The notes beneath the pieces are model-generated. The model was not told the origin of the DNA. It worked only from the letters and a program-made list of their open reading frames with translations, and did not search any database. This document shows positions 56,149 through 64,000 of a DNA stretch of 64,000 nt, in pieces. This DNA comes from Verrucomicrobiota bacterium (GTDB taxonomy: Bacteria; Verrucomicrobiota; Verrucomicrobiia; Opitutales; UBA953). The stretch's first letter is position 1, and the number at the start of each line of letters is the position of its first letter. The translations under genes were made by a program, and so were the position numbers. The stretch spans positions 6,158 to 70,157 of the forward strand of contig JBEGSF010000005.1 of the NCBI GenBank assembly GCA_041180005.1. The letters run 5' to 3'.

Positions 56149-56520
56149 AGCCATACACTATAAGCCGGATTCTGTCCTTGGGCGGCTCTCGCCGATCCCC
56201 TGCGCGTTCATTTCTCTGACCTTGCGGACCCGCCTTGCGGCGGTGCGACAACCCGGGACCTTGGTGGGCGACCTCGGACGGTCCCTGTTCGTCTTGCACC
56301 GGATTGGGTTTACCTTGCCTCGTCGGTCACCCTTCGAGCGGTGGGCTCTTACCCCACCTTTTCACCCTTACCTCGTTCCTTGCGGAGGAGGCGGTATCTT
56401 CTCTGTGGCACTATCCGTCACGTCTTGCGACGCGCCCCGACTTGCGGCGGGAATCCTGCCCTGTGGTGTCCGGACTTTCCTCACGGATTGCTCCGTGCGA
56501 ACGCACATGTATGACTGTCC
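56145..56520 (-). ncRNA. rnpB: RNase P RNA, bacterial type A
   Basis: The minus strand contains GAGGAAAGUCCGG (56470-56482), GGUAAGGGUGAAAAGGUGGGGUAAGAGCCCACCG (about 56338-56375) and ACAGAAUCCGGCUUA (56161-56175). P1 pairs AGUCAUACAU (5-prime) with GUGUAUGGCU (3-prime). The ends are approximate, within about 5 nt. Confidence 0.9.
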
Positions 56521-56615
56521 GCCGAGCCTAGCGACCGAGAGGCCCGCAGGGAAGGGCAAAAGGCGCGACTTCGGCCTTGGAAAGGCCTTCGGGTGGCTTT
56601 GATTAGCGGGACCCC

Positions 56616-57242
56616 ATGCGAACCCTGCTTCTCGCCTTGCTCACCCTCATGACCGCCCGCGCCGCCGAACCCATCAAAGTCGCCTGCGTCGGCGACAGCA
56701 TCACCCAGGGCGTCGGCGCCAAGTCCGGCCAGTCCTATCCGGCTCAGCTGCAGGCCCTGCTCGGCGACGGCTATCAGGTCGGCAACTTCGGCGTCAGCGG
56801 CCGCACGCTCCTGAAGAAGGGCGACTTCCCTTACTGGAAGGAGAAGAAGTATCAGGCGGCCCTCGCGATGGAGCCGGCGATCGTGGTCATCATGCTCGGC
56901 ACCAACGACACCAAGCCGCAGAACTGGAAGCATGAGGCGGAGTTCGACGCCGACTACCGCGAGCTGGTGAAGTCTTTCCAATCCCTGAAGTCCAAGCCCA
57001 AGGTCTTCGTCTGCCGTCCGGTGCCTGTGCCGGGCAAGGGCAACTTCGGCATCAACGAGGAGAACATCCAGAAGGAGATCCCGCGGGTCGATGCGCTCGC
57101 CAAGGAACTCGGCTGCGGCGTGATCGACATGCATGCCGCGCTCGAGAAGTTTCCCGAGATGCTGCCGGACCGCGTGCATCCGAACACCGCCGGCGCCGGC
57201 GAGATGGCCAAGGCCGCGGCGAAGGCGATCGCGGGCAAGTGA
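56616..57242 (+). CDS. SGNH/GDSL hydrolase, secreted
   Basis: Signal peptide. 'KVACVGDSITQGVG' (block I), 'MLGTNDTK' (block III) and 'DRVHPNTAG' (block V). Confidence 0.85.
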   Translation: MRTLLLALLTLMTARAAEPIKVACVGDSITQGVGAKSGQSYPAQLQALLGDGYQVGNFGVSGRTLLKKGDFPYWKEKKYQAALAMEPAIVVIMLGTNDTKPQNWKHEAEFDADYRELVKSFQSLKSKPKVFVCRPVPVPGKGNFGINEENIQKEIPRVDALAKELGCGVIDMHAALEKFPEMLPDRVHPNTAGAGEMAKAAAKAIAGK

Positions 57243-57245
57243 GCT

Positions 57246-59612
57246 TCAGCGGACGGGGGCTGCCTGTCCGATGATCTGACCGAGCACGTCCTGGGCGGCG
57301 GCGCGCAGCTGCTGCCAGCGATGCGAAGGGTGCGCCGGTCCGTGGGCGATGAGCTGGAGCGTGCTCCGCCATTCGAGCACCGCGCGTTCGAGGTCACCTT
57401 GGCCGGGGCCTTGTCCGTCGGCGTCGACGGGCGGAATCTTGCCGTGCAGGGCGAATCCTTTGAGCGCCTCGGCGCAGCCTTCGCCGAAGCCGACGGGCAG
57501 GCCCTCGCGGAGGTATCCCTCGGCGGTCAGGGATTTATAAGTCAGGCGGCAGCAGGCTCCGAGGCGGCTGGAGTTACGACCTGCGGAAGCGACGCGTTCG
57601 CCGGCGCGGAGTTCGGCGAGGTCCCAGGCGAGGGCATGGGCTTCGTAGGTCGAATCCTCAAGCGCCGCCGCGACCGCGAGGCCTTCGCCGTGCTGGAAGA
57701 GCGAGGCGAGGTGTCCTCGCTCGGTCGGCCGGCCGGAGGCGTCGATCAGCCCGAGTTTCTTCCAGAGACGGCCGGCGCGGGCGGTGTGCAGCGTGCCGCC
57801 GCCGAGGACTTCGCGGAGATTGATATCTTGCTTCGCGACGGAGCGGCGCGGCGGATTGATGAGCGGATGGTTGTCGGCGTCGGGCCAGACGCGTACGTCG
57901 GCGCGGGAGTAATCGAGCTTCACCTGCACGCTGTCGCGGCCGAGGAAGAGCCCGCCGTGCGCGACGCCGCCTTGGGTGAGCACCGGCAGCAGCGGCAGGA
58001 TTTCTTTTTCCAGCAGCTCGAGCTTCCAGGTGCGGGGTCGGCTCCGTCCGTTCTCGTGCTTGCGGAGGGCCTTGAGCAGCCACTCCGCCGGCGTCAGCTG
58101 CGACGCGCCGGTCTCCTTCGGGAAATGGGCGAGCGTGATGGTGCGTCCGTAGCGGACCTCTCCGCCGGTCTCCAGTTTGCAAGGCGTGCCGTAGGGCAGG
58201 GCACGCAGCGAGTCCGGCTTGGTCAGCGCCGGATACCAGGCCTCCTTGACGTAGATAAGGGCCTGCGAGAGCGGTACGAGGTGGGTCGGACGTTCGCGTT
58301 GCCAGGTCCCGTTACGTCCGAGGATCTCGTGGATCTGACGGGTCGCGCCGGCCGCCGGTTCAGGGACGTCGGTGGGCGCCTCTTCGTCGAGGCGATCCAA
58401 GGCGAGGTCGATGGGCTCGCGGGTGAAGAGCGATTTGGCGAGGGATTGGGCGGCGGTCTTCGGGTCTTCGGCCCGGCGCATGACCGAGAGGAAGGCCGGC
58501 CAGTCGAGGCCTTCGCTGCGTTTGAGCTGGAGGGGCTTGGCTTCGCCGAGGCGGGGGCTGTCGCCGGTCCAGAGCGCGAAGCCGCGATCGTCGAGCCCGC
58601 GACGACCCGCTCGGCCGAACATCTGCAGCAGTTCGTCGGGGCGAATCTCACGTTCGGCGTGATCGGCCGCGTACCGCCGGTCCGTCACCAGCACCGAGCG
58701 GAGCGAGAAGTTGATACCTGATGCCAGGCCGGTCGTCGCGACGACCACGCTGAGTTTGCCGGCCTTGGCCCAGGGTTCGATGAGTTCGGTACGCTGTTCG
58801 AAGGTCAGGCCGCTGTGGTGCAGTCCCACCCCTTGGCGGAGCAGACGGTTGAGGTCATCCCCGGCGAGAGCGCGTTGGCTCGGCGAGAGCTGCGGACCGT
58901 TGCCGAGGGGGAGGCCGGCGGCGATGTCGCGGGCGATCTGTTCGGCGGCCCGCCGGCGCGGGGCGAAGACCAGGATGGGGCCGAGGTCGGCTAGGACGGC
59001 CCGGATGACCGCCCGGGCGATGTGTCCCTTGGTCCCGGCAGGCTCACGGGTCTCCAGGGCATCGAGCGAAATTTCCTCGAGCGGGATCGGGCGGGTGTGT
59101 TCCTCGATCAGGGTCACCTTGCGTCCGCGGCCGCGGAGCCACTCGGCCACGGCCTTGGGATTGGATACGCTGCCGCTGAGGAGGAGCAGCTGGGTGTAGG
59201 GTGGGGCGATGGCCAGCACGGTCTCATAAGCCGCGCCCCGGCGGGAGTCGGCCAGCATCTGGTATTCATCGACCACCAGCAGGTCGGGGTGGCGGCCTTC
59301 GAGGAACCGGTGGCGCTGGGTCTCAAGGGTGGCTACGATGACCGGGGCTCCGAGGTTGGCGCTGACGTCCCCCGTGGCGATGCCGACGTCCCAGCCTAGG
59401 GCCAGCCACTCAGCCCGCTTGTCGTTGGCCAAGGCCCGGGTCGGTACCGTGTAGACCGCTTGGCCGCGATGGCCGCCCCGGACGAGGAGTTCGAACACGT
59501 AGGTCTTCCCGGCGCCGGTCGGGGCTTGGATGATCACGTCCTCGCCCTGCCGCAGGGCGCGGAGGGCGTCCTGCTGCCACAGGTCGGGGAGGGTGAGACG
59601 TGAGTCCGCCAT
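57246..59612 (-). CDS. superfamily-2 DEAD/DEAH-box helicase (Ski2/Lhr-like) with long C-terminal extension
   Basis: Motif I 'APTGAGKT', motif II 'LLVVDEYQ', motif III 'LSGS' and motif VI 'QMFGRAGRRG'. Length 788 aa. Confidence 0.85.
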   Translation of the reverse strand: MADSRLTLPDLWQQDALRALRQGEDVIIQAPTGAGKTYVFELLVRGGHRGQAVYTVPTRALANDKRAEWLALGWDVGIATGDVSANLGAPVIVATLETQRHRFLEGRHPDLLVVDEYQMLADSRRGAAYETVLAIAPPYTQLLLLSGSVSNPKAVAEWLRGRGRKVTLIEEHTRPIPLEEISLDALETREPAGTKGHIARAVIRAVLADLGPILVFAPRRRAAEQIARDIAAGLPLGNGPQLSPSQRALAGDDLNRLLRQGVGLHHSGLTFEQRTELIEPWAKAGKLSVVVATTGLASGINFSLRSVLVTDRRYAADHAEREIRPDELLQMFGRAGRRGLDDRGFALWTGDSPRLGEAKPLQLKRSEGLDWPAFLSVMRRAEDPKTAAQSLAKSLFTREPIDLALDRLDEEAPTDVPEPAAGATRQIHEILGRNGTWQRERPTHLVPLSQALIYVKEAWYPALTKPDSLRALPYGTPCKLETGGEVRYGRTITLAHFPKETGASQLTPAEWLLKALRKHENGRSRPRTWKLELLEKEILPLLPVLTQGGVAHGGLFLGRDSVQVKLDYSRADVRVWPDADNHPLINPPRRSVAKQDINLREVLGGGTLHTARAGRLWKKLGLIDASGRPTERGHLASLFQHGEGLAVAAALEDSTYEAHALAWDLAELRAGERVASAGRNSSRLGACCRLTYKSLTAEGYLREGLPVGFGEGCAEALKGFALHGKIPPVDADGQGPGQGDLERAVLEWRSTLQLIAHGPAHPSHRWQQLRAAAQDVLGQIIGQAAPVR

Positions 59613-59707
59613 GGCGAGTTTCCATCAAACTGCGGTCGGGCGGAGAAGCAAGCCGAGGGGGTTTGCGGTTGCGGGTTTTCGCACCCCCGTGCTACGACTG
59701 TCGTCGC

Positions 59708-62455
59708 ATGGCCATCAGCAACGACCTCGCCCGCGGGCTTAAGAAAGTCGATAAGGACCTCGACTTCATGATGTCCTGTTTCGTCGAGGTGCTCGAGCAG
59801 CTCGACCACAAGGATCTCGCCGGCACCTTGCCGTGGATGGGCAAGCGCAAGCTGCGCGGCGTCCAGATCTTTTCCTATCGCGGCGTGCAAGCCTACTCGA
59901 TCGCCTTCCAGCTGCTCAACATGGTCGAGGAGAACGCCTCCGCGCAGTCCAAGCGTCTCCGCGAAGACAAGCATGGCCTCGCCTCCGATCCCGGTTCGTG
60001 GGGCCGCGCGCTCCGCGCCCTCGTCGACGCCGGCCTGACCGACAAGCAGATCGCCAAGCGCCTCAACCGCATGCGCGTCGAGCCCGTGCTGACCGCTCAC
60101 CCGACCGAAGCCAAGCGCGCCACCGTCCTGGAGATCCACCGCGAGATCTACAAGCTGCTCGTCCGCCGCGAAAACAACATGTGGACCGTCGCCGAACAGC
60201 GCGCGATCCGCGAGGAGATCAAGGTCGCCCTCGAGCGACTGTGGCGCACCGGCGAGATCTACCACCAGAAGCCCGACGTGCAGTCGGAGCTGCGTAACAT
60301 CAATTACTTCCTCTCCAAGGTCTTCCCCGACGCCGTCGTCAGCATGGACCTCCGCCTGCGTCAGGCCTGGGAGGAGGCCGGCCTCGATCCTTCCCGCGTG
60401 GAGCATCCGGACAGCCTGCCGCAGATCGTGCTCGGCACGTGGGTCGGCGGCGACCGCGACGGCCACCCGCTCGTGACCGCCGAAGTCACCGCGCGCGCCC
60501 TCAATCTCTTCCGCTCGACGGCCATCGCCATCTGCAACGAGCGTCTCGAGACGCTCGGCCAGCGCCTTTCGCTCGGCGACCATCTCCAGTCGCCTCCGCC
60601 CGTCTTCATCCGGCAGGTCGAGAAGCATGCCGCCGCCCATGGCGAAGCCGGCGAAGCCGCGCTCAAGCGCAACATCGGCGAGACCTGGCGCCAATACGTC
60701 AATCTCGTCCGCCTGCGCCTGCCCAACACCGTCGGAGAGCTCGGCCCCGGCCAGCACCGCACCCCGGAGGGCGTCATCGCCGACCTGCTGTTCCTGCGCG
60801 AGACCCTGATCGAAGTCGGCGCCGGCCGCATCGCCCGCGCGGAGCTCGATCCGCTCCTGCGCTTCCTGCGCACCTTCGGATTCCACATGGCGGTCCTCGA
60901 CATCCGCCAGAACAGCGCCTTCCACGACAAGGCCATCGGCCAGCTCCTCGCCGCCACCGGCCAGGATGACGCCAACTTCGCGCAGTGGGACGAATCCCGC
61001 CGCCTCGGCTTCCTGGATTCCGAGCTGCGCTCCACGCGTCCGTTCCTGCGCGAGCAGGCCAGCATCGGCCCGGAGGCCGATGCCGTGGTAGCCTGCCATC
61101 GCACGCTCGTCGGGCACATCGAACAGTATGGCGCGGCCGGTCTTGGTTCGCTGATCGTCAGCATGACCCGCTCGGTCTCGGACCTGCTGTCCGTCTACCT
61201 CCTCGCCCGCGAGGCCGGCCTGACCGCCGGCGGTTCCGACGACGCCTACTGCCTGCTCCCGGTCGTCCCGCTCTTCGAGACCATCGGCGACCTCGAGCGC
61301 AGCACCGGCATCATGGACGCGTTCCTCTCGCATCCGATGACGCAGCGCACGCTCAAGGCGCGCCGCGACGCCGGCCTGACGGACGGCCTGACCCAGCAGG
61401 TGATGATCGGCTACTCCGACTCCAACAAGGACGGCGGCATCCTCGCTTCGCTCTGGAACCTCTACCGCGCCCAGCAGAACCTCGCCGCCGTCGGCGAGAA
61501 GCATGGCGTGCGCATCGTCTTCTTCCATGGCCGAGGCGGCACGATCTCCCGCGGCGCCGGCCCGACGCATCGCTTCATCGACGCCTTGCCCCAGGGTTCC
61601 ATCCAGGGCGAGATGCGCGTGACGGAGCAGGGCGAGAGCATCACCCAGAAATACGCGAACCACATCACCGCGGTGAACAACCTCGAGCTGCTGACCGCCG
61701 GCGTGACGCAGAACACCTTGCTGCACGACGTCGCCGTCCGCAGCGAAGCCGCCCAGGCCAAGGTCATGGACCGTCTCGCCGAGTTCTCGCGCGAGGCCTA
61801 CCAGGACCTCATCCGCACCCCTCGCTTCATCGAGTTCTTCCGCCAGGCGACGCCGATCGACGTCATCGAGGCCAGCCGCATCGGTTCCCGTCCGTCACGG
61901 CGTACCGGCGCCGCCTCGCTCGAGGACCTGCGCGCCATCCCTTGGGTGTTCGCCTGGAGCCAGGCCCGTTTCTACCTCTCCGGCTGGTATGGCGTCGGCT
62001 CCGCGCTGGCCCGCCTCAAGGAAGAGGACCCGAAGGGCTTCGAGGTCATCCGCAAGAACTACGACGACTGGCCGCCTTTGCGCTACATGCTCAAGAACGC
62101 CTCCACCAGCGTCCTGGCGTCCAACCGCAGCATGATGAAGCTGTACGGCGGCCTCGTGACCGACAAGAAGCTGCGCAGCCTCTTCCTCAACCGCATCCTC
62201 GCCGAGCACAACCTCGCCCGCAAGATGCTCGACGAACTCTCCGGCTCTAAGCTCAGCGAAGGCCGTCCGCGTCTGCGCAAGGTCATCGCCCTGCGCGAAT
62301 CCGCGATCGACCTCCTGCACGAACAGCAGGTGGCCTTGCTCAAGGATTGGCGCAAGAAGGTGGCCGACGGCGACCGCAAGGAAGCCGACGCGCTGCTGCC
62401 GCAGATGCTCCTCTCGTTGAACGCGATCGCCGCCGGCCTTCAGGCGACCGGCTGA
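59708..62455 (+). CDS. ppc: phosphoenolpyruvate carboxylase
   Basis: 'VLTAHPTEAKR', 'MIGYSDSNKDGG', 'FHGRGGTISRGAGP' and C-terminal 'AAGLQATG'. ATG at 59708. Confidence 0.93.
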   Translation: MAISNDLARGLKKVDKDLDFMMSCFVEVLEQLDHKDLAGTLPWMGKRKLRGVQIFSYRGVQAYSIAFQLLNMVEENASAQSKRLREDKHGLASDPGSWGRALRALVDAGLTDKQIAKRLNRMRVEPVLTAHPTEAKRATVLEIHREIYKLLVRRENNMWTVAEQRAIREEIKVALERLWRTGEIYHQKPDVQSELRNINYFLSKVFPDAVVSMDLRLRQAWEEAGLDPSRVEHPDSLPQIVLGTWVGGDRDGHPLVTAEVTARALNLFRSTAIAICNERLETLGQRLSLGDHLQSPPPVFIRQVEKHAAAHGEAGEAALKRNIGETWRQYVNLVRLRLPNTVGELGPGQHRTPEGVIADLLFLRETLIEVGAGRIARAELDPLLRFLRTFGFHMAVLDIRQNSAFHDKAIGQLLAATGQDDANFAQWDESRRLGFLDSELRSTRPFLREQASIGPEADAVVACHRTLVGHIEQYGAAGLGSLIVSMTRSVSDLLSVYLLAREAGLTAGGSDDAYCLLPVVPLFETIGDLERSTGIMDAFLSHPMTQRTLKARRDAGLTDGLTQQVMIGYSDSNKDGGILASLWNLYRAQQNLAAVGEKHGVRIVFFHGRGGTISRGAGPTHRFIDALPQGSIQGEMRVTEQGESITQKYANHITAVNNLELLTAGVTQNTLLHDVAVRSEAAQAKVMDRLAEFSREAYQDLIRTPRFIEFFRQATPIDVIEASRIGSRPSRRTGAASLEDLRAIPWVFAWSQARFYLSGWYGVGSALARLKEEDPKGFEVIRKNYDDWPPLRYMLKNASTSVLASNRSMMKLYGGLVTDKKLRSLFLNRILAEHNLARKMLDELSGSKLSEGRPRLRKVIALRESAIDLLHEQQVALLKDWRKKVADGDRKEADALLPQMLLSLNAIAAGLQATG

Positions 62456-62461
62456 GGACGT

Positions 62462-63682
62462 TCAGCGCTTGGGCAGGTCGGAGCTCGCGGGGATCTCTCC
62501 GCGGAGCATCCTGCCTGCTTGGCCGGAGAGCCAGAGGTAGTGGTCGGTCGGGACGTCGGATAGGTTGACGAAATCACCGACCGGACGCGGTCCGCCGCAC
62601 TTCATGATGGCCGTGCCTTCGTCGATTTCGTCGAACATCGCGACATAGAGGGTCTTGGCCCCGGCGGCGCGCGCGGCGACAGCCTGGGACCACAGGAAGC
62701 GGCCGCCGAGGCGGGGGATCTGGTTCAGTTTGGCATTCTGACCACGGAGAGCCGACAGGTTGCTCCAGCTGAAGCCGGGGAAGATGACCGGGAGGTAGGC
62801 TTTCCTCTCGGCTTTGCACCAGGCCAGGTCCGGTTTCCAGACTTTGTCGGCCAGGTTGGCCGCTCCCTTCGGGTCGCCGAAGCGGCCGACCGTCCAGGGG
62901 CTGAGGATGTCGGCCTTTCGCAGCAGCGCGTGCAGGGCGGGTTCGGTGATGCAGTCGTTCTTCTGTTCACGCCAGTATGTCGGGATGCCGAGCATCACCG
63001 CGGCGCCCGTGGATCTGATGTCGGCGAGCAGGGTGTTCCATTCCGCCAGGGCGGGGTCGCGATCCTTGAAGCCGAGGCCCCAGAGCGCGACCAGGGGCTT
63101 GCCTTGGTGATGTTGGGCGCAGGCTTGCTTCGTCTGGCCTGCGGCGACGAGTCTGCGCCAATCCGCGGCGACCATCGGAAACTTATCGGGGGTCAGTCCG
63201 GAGAGGTCGTACATCACCGTCAGCGAGCGGCCTTCGGCGAGGGCTGCGTCGGTGCAGTTCCTAAGCACGAGGTCGAGCGACTCTGCTCCGCGGCTTTTGC
63301 CGAGGCTGGTGGCGAAGCGTTGGAGCATGGCGCCGTTGATCCCGTAGTCCTTCATCCAACGGAAGTGGCGGCGGACCGTCAGCGGATGGACGCTGCTGAA
63401 GAGATCGGCGGTCTTGCCGTCGGCGAACTTGAAGGGAGAGGGGTAGCGTTCCTCCGGGGTGAATTCGGAAAGATCGGGCCAGATATCAAAGGCATAAGCC
63501 TGCGGGGAGAATCCCTTGCCACGGCCATAATGCACCCAGCCCAGTCCGCTGGCGTCTCCTTCGGCCCGGAACCAGCCCTGGTAGCCCGTGACGACCTTTC
63601 CTTCGAGGGAGGGGTGCAACGTGGCTGCGGCTCCGGCCAGGGCCGCCCAGACGAAGCAGAGCGTCGCGACGACTGCTTTCAT
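62462..63682 (-). CDS. secreted glycoside-hydrolase-like TIM-barrel protein (family not resolved)
   Basis: Signal peptide. 'GYQGWF...W' and 'MKDYGINGAMLQRF' recall PVC/Bacteroidota glycosidase-like proteins. The family assignment is from memory only. Confidence 0.5.
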   Translation of the reverse strand: MKAVVATLCFVWAALAGAAATLHPSLEGKVVTGYQGWFRAEGDASGLGWVHYGRGKGFSPQAYAFDIWPDLSEFTPEERYPSPFKFADGKTADLFSSVHPLTVRRHFRWMKDYGINGAMLQRFATSLGKSRGAESLDLVLRNCTDAALAEGRSLTVMYDLSGLTPDKFPMVAADWRRLVAAGQTKQACAQHHQGKPLVALWGLGFKDRDPALAEWNTLLADIRSTGAAVMLGIPTYWREQKNDCITEPALHALLRKADILSPWTVGRFGDPKGAANLADKVWKPDLAWCKAERKAYLPVIFPGFSWSNLSALRGQNAKLNQIPRLGGRFLWSQAVAARAAGAKTLYVAMFDEIDEGTAIMKCGGPRPVGDFVNLSDVPTDHYLWLSGQAGRMLRGEIPASSDLPKR

Positions 63683-63689
63683 GGCCGGT

Positions 63690-64000
63690 TCAGACGTGCT
63701 TCCAGAAATCCATCAGGAAGCGGGTCGCCAGCTGGGCGAGGAAGACGATGTTCCAGAAGATCAGCTGGAGGCCGAGCGAGGGGCCGAAGCCCATGCTCAG
63801 GACCTGGGCGGAAGCGCTGGTGACCAGCAGCACGACCGTGGCGGTGCAGAGGGAGATGACGAGGACCTCGATGGATTTAGGGACGAAGCCGGAGAGGCTC
63901 GTGTCGGCCATGCAGATGGCGGCGAAGGTCAGCGCGACCGAGAGGATGCCCGTCAGGCCGATGCCGAAGAGGGTGCCGTCCTTGCCGAAGAAGTGCTGGG
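63690..64000 (-). CDS. integral membrane protein, C-terminal part (N-terminus outside the window)
   Basis: The frame stays open from 63911 to the window edge with continuous hydrophobic sequence (...FFGKDGTLFGIGLTGILSVALTFAAICMADTSL...). The stop is at 63690-63692. Confidence 0.55.
   Translation of the reverse strand, partial: QHFFGKDGTLFGIGLTGILSVALTFAAICMADTSLSGFVPKSIEVLVISLCTATVVLLVTSASAQVLSMGFGPSLGLQLIFWNIVFLAQLATRFLMDFWKHV

Noticed and set aside
56222-56602. 126-aa and 98-aa plus-strand ORFs between gltA and the SGNH esterase.
   Set aside because: The region is occupied by RNase P RNA on the opposite strand.
59534-61726. A 730-aa minus-strand ORF.
   Set aside because: It is antisense to ppc.

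Overview
This is a high-G+C bacterial chromosome segment (roughly 65-70% G+C by eye). The gene content suggests a Verrucomicrobiota/PVC-type organism, which is an inference. The supporting genes are a PVC-type CxxCH heme-binding / membrane-bound-dehydrogenase-domain protein, two formylglycine sulfatases, a BNR sialidase, many SGNH and sialate-O-acetylesterase genes, and an ECF sigma factor. I call about 56 CDS, one tRNA(CAT), a type-A RNase P RNA on the minus strand (invisible in the ORF track), three intrinsic terminators and a pair of LexA operators. Layout: (i) 1-6.4 kb holds lexA, an ADP-ribosylglycohydrolase and a giant heme-binding protein. (ii) 6.4-11.7 kb is a D-glucarate catabolic operon (gudD, MFS transporter, kdgD, KGSA dehydrogenase). 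(iii) 11.8-31.9 kb is a sulfated/sialylated-glycan degradation neighbourhood, interrupted at 23.96-26.88 kb by a low-G+C insertion. (iv) 31.9-41.9 kb holds a PARG-like macrodomain gene, an HDAC-like gene, purA, a TPR gene, a SET-domain gene, gpsA, panB, lpxI, nadD, rsfS and the tRNA. (v) 41.9-49.4 kb is a four-gene, translationally coupled, membrane-associated GTPase operon of unknown function. (vi) 49.4-64 kb holds an ECF sigma/anti-sigma pair, ptsI, hisC, hisB, hisH, gltA, rnpB, an SGNH esterase, an SF2 helicase, ppc and a glycosidase-like gene. The best candidates for something undescribed are three. First, the Zn-ribbon GTPase + GAP1-N-like TM protein + 983-aa single-pass protein + GYF/3-TM protein operon (41923-49354). 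Second, the 2.9-kb low-G+C islet bounded by 19-bp direct repeats that duplicate half of a terminator. Third, the ~217-bp conserved leader found in front of both islet ORFs. Many long ORFs in the track are antisense shadow ORFs typical of high-G+C DNA and were rejected. All homology statements come from motif recognition by eye; no searches were run.
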